A DNA stretch of 64,000 nt from Deltaproteobacteria bacterium (lineage in GTDB: Bacteria; Myxococcota_A; Polyangia; Polyangiales; Houyiibacteriaceae): positions 2,235 through 66,234 of the forward strand of contig JAADHO010000094.1 of the NCBI GenBank assembly GCA_013151775.1, in the 5' to 3' direction. This document shows positions 18,036 through 27,057 of the stretch, piece by piece (the stretch's first letter is position 1; each line of letters opens with the position of its first letter). Position numbers and translations under genes: made by a program. The notes beneath the pieces are model-generated. The model saw only the letters and a program-made list of their open reading frames with translations. It made no database searches and had not been told where the DNA came from.

Positions 18036-20030
18036 TCATCTCCGCAGCAGCTCCGTCATCAGCAGACTCATCGCCTCGGGGAGCTGATCCGCCCGATGCA
18101 AGAGGGAATACCTGTCGTGCCCGAACATCTGCCCGAGCTGAGCCGTGCGCTCCTTGGACACGGCGAGGGCGAAGCAGGCGACGCCGTCGCGCCGCGCCTC
18201 CCTCACGGCTTGAGCCACGTCCTCCACGCCGTGGCGACCCTCGTAGCGATCGTAGTCCGTGGGCTGACCGTCCGTGACGACCACCAGCGCCTTGCGTCGC
18301 GTGTGCTTGTGGCGGAGCACGTTCGTCCCGTGGCGCAGCGCGGCGCCGACTCGCGTGTAGCCCTGCGGCTCGAGGCCCGCGAGTCGTCCACGCGCCTGTG
18401 TCCACGCCTCACCGAAGGCCTTGATGCTCACGAAGCGGCAGTCGCGCCGCGTGTTGCTGTGGAAGCCGGCGATGGCGAAGTCCACCGACTCGCCCAGCGC
18501 CTCGCCCACCACGAAGGCCGCCTCCCGCGACACGTCGAGCACGCGTTCGCCCGCCACGTAGGCGTCGCTCGAGAGGCTGAGATCGAGCAGCACGAGCAGA
18601 CTCAGGGCCGGCCGCCCGGGCTTGCGCTCGATGTAGAGTCGGTCGCTCGGCGTGTGGCCCGCGGCCAGGGTCGCGCGCGCGTCCACCACGGCGTCCACGT
18701 CGACCTCGGCTCCATCGCGTCTTCGCTTCTTCGGCCGACGCTCGAGCTCGATGCGCGACAGCTGCTGCTCGAGCCGGCGCAGCTCACGGCGCCTCGAGGC
18801 GCGCGTCTCCTTCACCCACTTCGCGGCGGCCGCCGGGCGCACCGGACGCGTGCGCTCGAGGTAGAGGTTGCAGTGCTCCCGGCGATACTCTCGTCGCTTC
18901 CCGTCCCACTCGTCGTAGGTGTAGTCCGGTGGCCTCGTGGGCGTGGCGTCGCTCAGCTCCGGCGCGGCGCCGTCGAGCAGAGCGTCGGCGCGAAAGATCG
19001 ACTCCGTGCGCTCGCGTGTGCGGATCACCTCGCGGATGTCCAGCTCCTCCAGAGCCTCGAGCTGGTCGTCGAGCTCGTCCGATCCGTCCAGCGCCTTCTG
19101 CCCGCCACGGTACTCCTCCGCCGTGTGCACCTTCTCGAAGGAGTGGACCAAGGGGTTGTCGGCGACGGGCCGGTCGTCGAGTTGGACGCGTCGCACGGCC
19201 TCGTGTGCCTTGCCCTCGTGCTCCGTGCCCGAAGCCAGGGCCGACGCGGGGAGCGGCGTCGTCGTTTGGCCGTCGTTGTCGGGCGCCGCCTCACGCAGCA
19301 GGCCGAAGGGCAGCAGGGGCGGCACGTCGAAGGGCTCGCCCAGCGCTCTCAGCGAGGCCTCGAGGCGAGCGCAGGCGCAGTCGAACTCCTGCGCAAGCGT
19401 CTCTCCCGGGCTCGCCGACACCACCGCTGCCGCTTCTCGCAGGCTCGCGTTCCACGTCAGCGCCCCGGGTTGGTCGCAGGGCGCGCTCGGCTCAGCGAGC
19501 AGCTCGCGCAGGCTCAGCTCCAGCGCGCAGGCCGCGCCTGTCAGAGCGCTCGGCGCCGGACGCGCCTCGAGCAGCAGGGCCTTCGACCGATTCAGCACCT
19601 CCCGCGAGCCGGGTAGCTCCTCCGAGAGCAGCGGCAGCGCGACGGCCATGGCGAGCCAGCTCGCGGTCTCGGGTCGTTTCGCCTCGCTCGGCAATCGGAA
19701 CCCGAGGCGTCGGCACATCAGCTGATACGACAGGCCGAGCACGTAGACGTCCACGCCTTCAGCCTCGGTCGTGCCCACGGCGACGCTGCGGGGGAGCAGG
19801 ATCGTGTCTCCGCGATAGCCCGCGAAGCTCTCCGCCTCACGCACCTCGAGGTCGCTGCCAGCGAGCGCGGCGGCTAGCAGCCGTAGCCGTGGCGCCAGAT
19901 CCGCGAGCCGCGCGCCGTGTGCGGGCAGCACCTGCTCGACATCACGAGCAAGCCCGAGCTGCCGACCGAGCGCGCGCGCACCCTTCCAGACGAAGGAGAA
20001 GAGCCGCTGATCCCAGTCGTCGAGACCCAT
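18036..20030 (-). CDS. norD: NorD/CbbO-type von Willebrand factor A protein (NO reductase activation)
   Basis: C-terminal VWA domain with a MIDAS-like LLVLLDLSLSSD...VVVTDGQPTD. It lies immediately downstream of norQ in the norCBQD order. Confidence 0.85.
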   Translation of the reverse strand: MGLDDWDQRLFSFVWKGARALGRQLGLARDVEQVLPAHGARLADLAPRLRLLAAALAGSDLEVREAESFAGYRGDTILLPRSVAVGTTEAEGVDVYVLGLSYQLMCRRLGFRLPSEAKRPETASWLAMAVALPLLSEELPGSREVLNRSKALLLEARPAPSALTGAACALELSLRELLAEPSAPCDQPGALTWNASLREAAAVVSASPGETLAQEFDCACARLEASLRALGEPFDVPPLLPFGLLREAAPDNDGQTTTPLPASALASGTEHEGKAHEAVRRVQLDDRPVADNPLVHSFEKVHTAEEYRGGQKALDGSDELDDQLEALEELDIREVIRTRERTESIFRADALLDGAAPELSDATPTRPPDYTYDEWDGKRREYRREHCNLYLERTRPVRPAAAAKWVKETRASRRRELRRLEQQLSRIELERRPKKRRRDGAEVDVDAVVDARATLAAGHTPSDRLYIERKPGRPALSLLVLLDLSLSSDAYVAGERVLDVSREAAFVVGEALGESVDFAIAGFHSNTRRDCRFVSIKAFGEAWTQARGRLAGLEPQGYTRVGAALRHGTNVLRHKHTRRKALVVVTDGQPTDYDRYEGRHGVEDVAQAVREARRDGVACFALAVSKERTAQLGQMFGHDRYSLLHRADQLPEAMSLLMTELLRR

Positions 20031-20044
20031 TCAGGCCCTCGCCA

Positions 20045-20818
20045 TCAGAAGGCCAGCGCGGCGAGATCCGTCAACGCCTCGATCAACTCCGGGTCATCCG
20101 TGAGCGGCTCGACGACTCCCACCACGCAGGCGCGCCGTGGAGGCAGGCCGGCGACGATCAGGGAGGCCGCGCCGATCAACAGGCGCGTCGAGACGGTCTC
20201 CGCCAGCCCGAGCTCCTCCAGCGCGCGCACCTTGCGGCCAAAGGTGACCAGGCGCTTCGCGGCCTTCGGGTCGAGACCGCTCTCGTGCGCGACGACCTCG
20301 ATCTCCACCGCCGCCTCCGGGTAGTCGAAGGTGAGCCCGAGGAAGCGCTGCCGCGTGCTCGGCTTCAGCTCCCGTAGTCCCTTGCGGTAGCCGGGGTTGA
20401 AGCTGACCACGAGCATGAACTCGGGTCCCGCGGAGACGAGCTCGTCTTGTCGGTCGAGGTAGAGCTCACGGCGGTGATCCGCGAGGGGATGCAGCACCAC
20501 CACCACGTCCTCGCGTGCCTCCGCGATCTCGTCGAGGTAGAGGATGGCGCCCTCACGCACGGCGCGCGTCACGGGGCCGTCTCGCCAGACCGTGTTGCCG
20601 CCTTCGATCAGGTAGCGCCCGAGCAGATCCGTCGCGTTCGTCTCCTCGTGACAGGCGACGGTGACGAGGGGTCGACCCAGCTTCGCCGCCATGGCCTCCA
20701 CGAAGCGAGACTTCCCGCAGCCCGTGGGGCCCTTCACCATCAAGGGCAGCCGCCGCGCGTGGGCGAGCTCGAAGATCGAGACCTCGTCTCCCACGGCGCG
20801 GTAGTAGGGCGTGCTCAC
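20045..20818 (-). CDS. norQ: CbbQ/NirQ/NorQ-family MoxR AAA+ ATPase
   Basis: Walker A GPTGCGKSRF, Walker B ILYLDEI and a NorQ-typical FMLVVSFNPGY...LKPSTRQRF. Its start overlaps the norB stop by 4 nt. Confidence 0.9.
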   Translation of the reverse strand: MSTPYYRAVGDEVSIFELAHARRLPLMVKGPTGCGKSRFVEAMAAKLGRPLVTVACHEETNATDLLGRYLIEGGNTVWRDGPVTRAVREGAILYLDEIAEAREDVVVVLHPLADHRRELYLDRQDELVSAGPEFMLVVSFNPGYRKGLRELKPSTRQRFLGLTFDYPEAAVEIEVVAHESGLDPKAAKRLVTFGRKVRALEELGLAETVSTRLLIGAASLIVAGLPPRRACVVGVVEPLTDDPELIEALTDLAALAF

Positions 20819-22215
20819 TCGGCGACCTCGGGGGCGAGCTCAGCGTCGGACGACTCGTCTTGGTCGCCGTCGCCGTCCTCGAGCGGGCTCCCCGTGGGCT
20901 CGGCATTTGGCATCCCGTAGCGGATGAAGTCGTAGATGAAGGCGCCGGCGCCGACGGTGAAGAGGCTCGCGGCGATCACCAGGCCCAAGAAGTGAACCTG
21001 GATCTCTTTCTGCACGTCGAGGAAGTCGAGCCCCATGCGACGCTCGAGGGTGACCTGCGCCACGCCCGCGATGCCGAAGGCGACGGTCATGGCCAGCATG
21101 CCGATGTTGGAGGCCCAGAAAGCGAGGCTCGCGGTCGGGCCCTTGTAGCGTTTGCGACCCGTCATCAGCGGCAAGGAGTAGGAGATGATCGCGAGGATCA
21201 ACATGGCGTAGGCGCCCCAGAAGGCGAGGTGTCCATGCATGGCGGTGACGAGGGTGCCGTGTGTGTAGAGGTTCACCTGCGGCAAGGTGTGGGCGAAGCC
21301 GAGGAAGCCCGCGCCCACGAAGCTCATGACGCAGGTGCCCACCGTCCACAAGAGCGCGATCTGGTTGGGGTGATGTCGTCCCGCCTTGCGCCACATGGTG
21401 ATGCCGTAGATCGCCATGGCGAGGAAGGCGAGGGGCTCCATGGCGCTGAAGACGCCGCCGATGATCAGCCAGTAGCGGGGCGTGCCAATGTAATAGTAGT
21501 GGTGACCCGTTCCGAGGATGCCGGAGAGGAAGGTCAGACCGACGATCACATAGAGCCACTTCTCGACGATCTCCCGGTCGACGCCCGTGAGCTTCACCAA
21601 GAGGAAGGCCAGGATGCCGCCCATGATCAGCTCCCACACACCCTCCACCCAGAGGTGGACGACCCACCAACGCAGGTAGCTGTCCGTGGTCTGGTTGTTG
21701 GTGTCGATCATACCTGGAAGGTAGAGCAGCGCCGCCATCAAGAGACCGAAGAAGAGCACCATGGAGGTGGTCGTCATGCGGCGGCCCTTCCAAATCGTCA
21801 TGCCGATGTTGGCGATGAAGAGCAGGACGTCGATCACCACGAGGTAGTCGAGGGGTCGCGGGATCTCGAGGAACTTACGCCCCTCCCACCAGCCGAAATG
21901 GAAGCCGATGACAGCGGTCACGCCTACGAGGACGAAGGCGATGAGCTGTACGTAGGCGAGCCTCGGCCAGTAGATCTCGCGATCCGCCTCCTCCGGGATG
22001 ATGAAGTAGGCGGCGCCCATGAAGCCCAAGAGCATCCACATGACGAGCAGGTTGGTGTGCGTCGCACGCGCGACGTTGAAGGGGATGATCTGATGAAGAC
22101 CGTCGAAACCCATGTGGGCGAATGCCATGATGAAGCCGTAGACGATCTGCAGACTGAAGAGCAGCATGCAGGCAGCGAAGAACCAGTATGCGACCTTTTG
22201 AGATTTGTACTTCAT
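20815..22215 (-). CDS. norB: Nitric oxide reductase large subunit NorB (heme-copper oxidase family)
   Basis: MKYKSQKVAYWFF..., IPFNVARATHTNLLVMWMLLGFMGAAYFIIPEE, and His ligand motifs (GTGHHYYY, HGHLAFWGAY). It has 12-TM length (466 aa). Confidence 0.93.
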   Translation of the reverse strand: MKYKSQKVAYWFFAACMLLFSLQIVYGFIMAFAHMGFDGLHQIIPFNVARATHTNLLVMWMLLGFMGAAYFIIPEEADREIYWPRLAYVQLIAFVLVGVTAVIGFHFGWWEGRKFLEIPRPLDYLVVIDVLLFIANIGMTIWKGRRMTTTSMVLFFGLLMAALLYLPGMIDTNNQTTDSYLRWWVVHLWVEGVWELIMGGILAFLLVKLTGVDREIVEKWLYVIVGLTFLSGILGTGHHYYYIGTPRYWLIIGGVFSAMEPLAFLAMAIYGITMWRKAGRHHPNQIALLWTVGTCVMSFVGAGFLGFAHTLPQVNLYTHGTLVTAMHGHLAFWGAYAMLILAIISYSLPLMTGRKRYKGPTASLAFWASNIGMLAMTVAFGIAGVAQVTLERRMGLDFLDVQKEIQVHFLGLVIAASLFTVGAGAFIYDFIRYGMPNAEPTGSPLEDGDGDQDESSDAELAPEVAE

Positions 22216-22217
22216 GA

Positions 22218-22907
22218 CTAGTGCTCCGTGCGCAGGGTGCCGAGGTAGGTGACGAGCTCCGTGACTTGCGCGTCGCTCAGCCCGAGCTGCGGCATTCGGG
22301 CTTCAGGCTTCACGGCGCTTGGATCGTGTAGCCAGCGTGTGAGGTAGTCGGCGTCCCGACGCGTCCCCACGCCGTCGAGGGCGGGCCCGACGTTGCCGCC
22401 GGCGCCACCCACGGAGTGGCAGGCGATGCAGGTCTGTTGAAAGACCAGCGGTCGACCGTCGGCGCTGGCCGCCGGCGCGAGGTGTTGCCGCAGCGGTGGA
22501 TCGGCCGGGAAACCGTTGGTGTCGACATGGCCTATCCAGGTCAGGAAGGCGACCAGGTCGTCGATCTCGGCGTCCGTGAAGTCGTACTGCACCATCTGCC
22601 GCTGACCCGGGTACATGGCGGCGGGATCGCGCAACATGCCGCGCACGAAGACCTCGCCGCGGCGCTCCATCACCTTTGTCAGCTCGGGCGCGTAGTAGGC
22701 GCCTTCGCCGAAGATCGTGTGGCAGCCCATGCAGTTCTTGTGGTCCCAGATCTCCTTTCCACGGGCGACCTCGGGAGTGATCTGATCCGCGTGGGTGCGC
22801 GCGGGGATCTGCCTGAACGTGTCATAGGTGAGCCCAACGAACGCCAGGAAGCTTATGCCTGTTCCGATGAGAAAGAACGCCTTTGCGGCGGATTTGCTTA
22901 GCATCAA
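22218..22907 (-). CDS. norC: NorC cytochrome c subunit fused to a second C-terminal mono-heme cytochrome c domain
   Basis: N-terminal TM anchor, the NorC-type KNCMGCHTIFGEGAYYAPELT, and a second heme motif QQTCIACHSVGGAGG with a distal Met region (ARMPQLGL). Confidence 0.88.
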   Translation of the reverse strand: MMLSKSAAKAFFLIGTGISFLAFVGLTYDTFRQIPARTHADQITPEVARGKEIWDHKNCMGCHTIFGEGAYYAPELTKVMERRGEVFVRGMLRDPAAMYPGQRQMVQYDFTDAEIDDLVAFLTWIGHVDTNGFPADPPLRQHLAPAASADGRPLVFQQTCIACHSVGGAGGNVGPALDGVGTRRDADYLTRWLHDPSAVKPEARMPQLGLSDAQVTELVTYLGTLRTEH

Positions 22908-22966
22908 CTATCTCCGATATGGGACTACGGGACGCGAGGTCCGCGGATCTCCAATGCCGACGGCCT

Positions 22967-22983
22967 AAGCACTCGCCGTGCCA
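22967..22983 (-). promoter_or_regulatory. Sigma-54 (-24/-12) promoter for norCBQD
   Basis: The minus strand reads TGGCACGGCGAGTGCTT, against consensus TGGCAC-N5-TTGCW. The GG and GC dinucleotides have the exact spacing, with one mismatch in the -12 element. It sits about 60 nt upstream of the norC start, next to a divergent sigma-54 activator gene. Confidence 0.55.
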
Positions 22984-23064
22984 TTGGCGCTTATGCGAGC
23001 AAGTGATAACTTAAGTGTTCCCAGGCTCTTGCCATGTTCCAATCCGTGCTCCATTTGGGAACAT

Positions 23065-24075
23065 ATGGAATGCGGATCGTGCGAGCAGGCGTGCCGGGTG
23101 TGTGGGCTAAAACCCGTCATCCCTCGGTTGAGCGGCGCGACGCAGGTCGTCGCCGTGAGCGCGGCCATGCGGGAGCTGCTGCTGCGCACGGCGCGCTTCG
23201 CAGCGAGCGACGCGCCCGTGGCCGTGATGGGTGAGACCGGCACCGGCAAGGAGGTTGTCGCTCGCATGCTGCACCTGAATTCCGCGCGTTCGGGCGGACC
23301 TTTCATCGCCGTCAACGTGGCGGCGCTGCCCGCGGAGCTGCTCGAGACCGAGCTCTTCGGTCACGGTAAGGGCGCGTTTACCGGCGCGATCAGCGCCCGT
23401 CGAGGGCTCTTCGAGACGGCCCATGAAGGCACCCTCTTCCTAGACGAGATTGGGGAGATGCCCCCGGCGCTGCAGGCCAAGCTCCTGCGCGTGTTGCAGG
23501 ATGGCGAGCTGCGGCGGGTAGGCGAGGACCAAGCCTTCGCCGTGGACGTGCGCGTGGTTTCGGCCACTCACCGCGATCTCGCCCGACGCGTCGCCGAGGG
23601 GCTCTTTCGGGAAGATCTCTACTACCGCTTGAAGGTGCTCACCTTGGACGTGCCTCCGCTGCGTGAGCGCGTGGAGGACGTCTTGCCGCTCGCGGAGCAC
23701 TTTCTACTTCGGGAGAAGACGCACGCCACGCAGTTCAGCGCGCGCGCCAGAGAGCGGCTGCTGGCTTACGCCTGGCCCGGCAACGTCCGTGAGCTCGAGA
23801 ACGTCGTGAAGCATGGCGCGGCCTTGGCTGTTGGAGATCAGGTGGACGAGCCCGATCTCCCCGACGATCTGAGGTGCAGGCGTCCAGGTGTCACGCGTCT
23901 CCGCGGCGCGCCCGAGGCGTCCGGCCCGCTCGCGACTCTGGCCGAGATCGAGCGCGAGCACATCCTGCGCGTCCTCGACCAATGCGGAGGCTCCCAATCC
24001 GAGGCCGCCCGCGTCCTCGGCATCGCCCGCAACACCCTGTGGCGCAAGCTCCGAAGCATCCGCCTCTCGGCCTGA
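23065..24075 (+). CDS. Sigma-54-dependent transcriptional activator (AAA+ plus Fis-type HTH) with a very short Cys-rich N-terminus
   Basis: Walker A GETGTGKEVVAR, the sigma-54 contact loop GHGKGAFTGA, LFLDEIGEM, and HTH SQSEAARVLGIARNTLWRKL. Only about 25 residues precede the AAA+ core (MECGSCEQACRVCG). The alternative GTG start at 22978 would overlap the nor promoter. Confidence 0.88.
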   Translation: MECGSCEQACRVCGLKPVIPRLSGATQVVAVSAAMRELLLRTARFAASDAPVAVMGETGTGKEVVARMLHLNSARSGGPFIAVNVAALPAELLETELFGHGKGAFTGAISARRGLFETAHEGTLFLDEIGEMPPALQAKLLRVLQDGELRRVGEDQAFAVDVRVVSATHRDLARRVAEGLFREDLYYRLKVLTLDVPPLRERVEDVLPLAEHFLLREKTHATQFSARARERLLAYAWPGNVRELENVVKHGAALAVGDQVDEPDLPDDLRCRRPGVTRLRGAPEASGPLATLAEIEREHILRVLDQCGGSQSEAARVLGIARNTLWRKLRSIRLSA

Positions 24076-24107
24076 CGACGGCGTCGCCGACGAATCTCGG
24101 TGAAGGC

Positions 24108-25055
24108 TCAGGCCGCGAGCGAGTCGTTCCCGCAGGTGTCGATGTTTGGGTTGTCGGAGCAGACGGGGACCTTGCAGGTCGGCGTGCCTGCGCAGCCGGC
24201 GCCGCCACAGCTGTCGCAGCAGATCGTTCCGTCTTCGCAGCGTGCGTCGGCCGCACAGGACTCGCCGAGCAGGCGCTCGAGGCAGCGCTGCCCCAGCTCG
24301 CAGCCGCGGTCGAGATCGAAGATCTTCCTGGGACCGCAGTCGCAGGCGGGAGCCGCGCAGGCCGCCGCACATGGCACGCCGCACACAGTGGGACAGCAGA
24401 GCGCGCTGCCCCATGCGCCTCCGGTGGAGGTGCAGAGCGTCTCTTCGGGCATGCGCGGCAGCTCGGGACAGCTGGGGTCGGGCTGACAGCCCACGCCTGG
24501 GACGAACCGGCCGCTGCTCCCGCAGCTGCAGCTCGGGCTCGCGACCTCGCAGTCCTCTGGTGGCGCGACGCCGCATTGGTAGGGGCCACACACGGGAAGC
24601 CACCAGGCCCAGGTTCCTCCCGTGTCGCGGCAGAGGGAGACGTCGCAGCTCGCGTGCGCGGCCTGGCACTCGGCCAAGGAGACGGAGCCCGCGCCGCAGT
24701 CGCTGCCACGGCAGGTGCCACAGTCGAACTCGACGCAGTGGTCACCATCCCAATGCCAGCTCGAGGGACCGTCGCAGAGCGAGGCCGGGCAAAGTTCGAC
24801 GCGCGCGTCCTCGGGATCACATAGGTCGCGAACGCCTGCGTCGGTCGTCGCGTCCACACCAGTGTCGGCCAGGCTGGCGTCCACGCCGCTGTCGATCGGG
24901 CCGCTGTCGGTCGGGCCGCTGTCGGTCGCCCTCGCGTCCGGCGCGCTGCCGTCGGTACCGCCATCGTCAGCGCTGTGGCTGGCGCCGCATCCGAGGACGA
25001 GCAGAGCGCCGAGGACGAGTCCCGAATGTGCCAACCTGAGCCGCGAGGAGATCAT
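24108..25055 (-). CDS. Cysteine-rich secreted lipoprotein, unknown function
   Basis: Lipobox LLVLGCGAS, an acidic TDSG/DTG linker, then about three dozen Cys residues by my count, spread over about 240 aa. No family recognised. Confidence 0.6.
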   Translation of the reverse strand: MISSRLRLAHSGLVLGALLVLGCGASHSADDGGTDGSAPDARATDSGPTDSGPIDSGVDASLADTGVDATTDAGVRDLCDPEDARVELCPASLCDGPSSWHWDGDHCVEFDCGTCRGSDCGAGSVSLAECQAAHASCDVSLCRDTGGTWAWWLPVCGPYQCGVAPPEDCEVASPSCSCGSSGRFVPGVGCQPDPSCPELPRMPEETLCTSTGGAWGSALCCPTVCGVPCAAACAAPACDCGPRKIFDLDRGCELGQRCLERLLGESCAADARCEDGTICCDSCGGAGCAGTPTCKVPVCSDNPNIDTCGNDSLAA

Positions 25056-25091
25056 GTTCGCTGACCGTGCATGTTCGGTGCCAAGCACCGG

Positions 25092-25532
25092 CTAGCGTGT
25101 GGCGGGTCGTGGCGCGGCCTCGGAGCGCAACACGAAGAGCCACACGACGCCGAATCCACCCACTCGCCTTCGGGTCCCCCGCAGCGGCGGTTGTCCGGGT
25201 GGTCGCGCTCGGGTCCTCGCGTCCGGGCGCGTGCCTCGAGCCGGGAAGCGCAGGTGCGAGAAGGCCGCCTCGATGCAGGAGTAGGCGCCCGCGGAGAGGC
25301 GCGTCGGGCTCTCCGCCAGGCGGTAGTTCGCGATCTTGCCGAGCGCGTCGATCTCGAAGCGCACGTGGTAGTGCCCGTCGGGCAACGAGAACGTGCGCTG
25401 GCACGAGCGCAGCGCGGGTGCAGAGCCGTGCAGCACCTCGCGCAGCGGCTCGACAGCCACGTAGCCCCGCGCCGGGGAGACCGGCGAGAGCGTCAGCGCG
25501 AACGCCAAGGCCATGAGACTCGATCGGAGCAT
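25092..25532 (-). CDS. Secreted hypothetical protein
   Basis: Signal peptide MLRSSLMALAFALTLSPVSPARG. It shares strand with its neighbours and lies 36 nt upstream of the Cys-rich lipoprotein gene. No motif recognised. Confidence 0.5.
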   Translation of the reverse strand: MLRSSLMALAFALTLSPVSPARGYVAVEPLREVLHGSAPALRSCQRTFSLPDGHYHVRFEIDALGKIANYRLAESPTRLSAGAYSCIEAAFSHLRFPARGTRPDARTRARPPGQPPLRGTRRRVGGFGVVWLFVLRSEAAPRPATR

Positions 25533-25590
25533 GCGGGTTGGACACCTACCGCGCGCGCGGGTTCCCGCGTGGCGGTGGACTCAGGCCTCG

Positions 25591-26343
25591 TCAACGCATC
25601 TCAGGCGCTGCGGGCGGTGCGTCGTCTTCGTCTTCGTCTTCGAAGCGGATCTCGACGTTGTACTCGCCGCCGTCGCCGAAGCTCTGGAGGAACCACGCGC
25701 GCACGAAGGACTCGATACGCACGCGGGCGGTGTCGCGTACGAGGGCGGCGTTGTCTTCGGCGCGCAGCGCGGCGCGGGTCGTGAGCTCGCGCTTGAGCTG
25801 CTCGAGCACCACGCTCTCGTCTCGCAGCAGGCTGCCTTCGCGCACCTCGTAGCGGATCTCCGAGGCGTCGATGGCGGGCGTGTTGGGCGTGAGCCTCGGC
25901 GCCGTCACGAGCACGCGTCGACCCTCGAGTTCGAAGCGCCAGGGCTGCTCGAAGTCGACGTAGTAGGTCGTCGTCACGGGCGCCGTCGCGCGCACCTTCA
26001 CCGCGGGCAGATCCAGCGCACCCCAGAAGGCCGAGGCCTCGTCTTCGAGCTCGAAGACCTCCGTCTGCTCGAGGGTCGCCACCTGCAGTCGCGAGCTACC
26101 CTCCACGCTCGTCCCGTGGCTGATGAAGCGCCGCGTGACGGTGTGCTCCTGGAAGGCGCGCGCCAGCTCTCCGAGGTCCGCCACCAGTTCACGCGCTTGC
26201 TCCGCGGCGACGCGTGGCGCCTGCTCCGCCGTCCTCAGGAACCCGAACCAGGCGACGAGCCCGCCGATGACCAACACCAACAGGGCGGCCAAGGCGTAGG
26301 CCAGAGCCGGGAGACGACGAGGCGCTGTGGGCGAGTCGGACAC
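25591..26343 (-). CDS. Membrane-anchored hypothetical protein (possibly DUF4230-like)
   Basis: One N-terminal TM helix (LPALAYALAALLVLVIGGLVAWFGFL) and an acidic C-terminal tail. The DUF4230 assignment is from memory of its size and topology only. Confidence 0.5.
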   Translation of the reverse strand: MSDSPTAPRRLPALAYALAALLVLVIGGLVAWFGFLRTAEQAPRVAAEQARELVADLGELARAFQEHTVTRRFISHGTSVEGSSRLQVATLEQTEVFELEDEASAFWGALDLPAVKVRATAPVTTTYYVDFEQPWRFELEGRRVLVTAPRLTPNTPAIDASEIRYEVREGSLLRDESVVLEQLKRELTTRAALRAEDNAALVRDTARVRIESFVRAWFLQSFGDGGEYNVEIRFEDEDEDDAPPAAPEMR

Positions 26344-26376
26344 GTGTGGATCCTAGCCTGCCGGGTATCCGCTTCG

Positions 26377-27057
26377 CTAGATCCGCCAGGTCACGAGGTG
26401 CGCGCAGTCGTCATCCCCGTCGTCGATGCAGCTGAGCTGCTTCACCTCTACGTCGCGCAAGCCCATGGCGCCGTAGATCACGATGTCCGACGCGGTGCAC
26501 ATGTCGCACATGAAGCGATGATGACTGGTCCATTGGCGGTAGCGCACGATGGAGCGACCTGGAGCCGGGAGCTCCACGTCGACGCGTCCGGTGTCGAAGT
26601 GGGCGTTCCACAAGCGCTGGGCGAACCTGCGGTGAAGCTCGGGTGAGGCGATGCGTCGCAACAGCATGCGGTGAAACATGCCGAGGGAGCGCTCGAGGGC
26701 CGCGTTGCCCGCCGTCTTCGCCAGCCGCTGCGCCTCCTGACGCGTCAGCTTTCGGATCAGCTCGTCGCAGAAGGCGCGAAAGAGTGAGGCCGAATACCAG
26801 CGGGAGGAGAGGATGCCGAAGGCGGGTAGATCGGCGTTCAGATCCTCGTGTCCGTGTCCCTCGAGGGCGCGACGCAGGTTCGACAGGCGCGCCTCGTCGA
26901 ATTCCTTCTCGAGCCAGAGCAGCATCTGGCGCACCGCTCCACCCTTGACCCTGCCGGTCTGGACGAGCTCAGTCTGCATGGGCGCCACCATGGAAGATGG
27001 AACGCTATGGAAGAGTGTCGGACAGGAGACAAGCCGACGCCTCGCGGCCGTCCTCAC
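26377..27057 (-). CDS. Hypothetical small protein, V4R/DUF2378-like ligand-binding fold suspected
   Basis: Its GTG start overlaps the stop of the upstream fusion gene (GTGA at 27054-27057). The C-terminal pattern C..C....G..G...VEV.Q..C..DG.D.C...V.W resembles V4R-type domains. This is low-confidence recognition. Confidence 0.5.
   Translation of the reverse strand: MRTAARRRLVSCPTLFHSVPSSMVAPMQTELVQTGRVKGGAVRQMLLWLEKEFDEARLSNLRRALEGHGHEDLNADLPAFGILSSRWYSASLFRAFCDELIRKLTRQEAQRLAKTAGNAALERSLGMFHRMLLRRIASPELHRRFAQRLWNAHFDTGRVDVELPAPGRSIVRYRQWTSHHRFMCDMCTASDIVIYGAMGLRDVEVKQLSCIDDGDDDCAHLVTWRI

Noticed and set aside
17745-19616. 623-aa plus-strand ORF (and the 18929-20377 ORF) overlapping norD
   Set aside because: It is antisense to a gene with a recognisable VWA domain in a conserved norCBQD order. 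The translation is low-complexity and Arg/Pro/Ala-rich.
20860-22221. 453-aa plus-strand ORF opposite norB
   Set aside because: NorB on the minus strand is unmistakable. The plus-strand translation has no hydrophobic helices or motifs.
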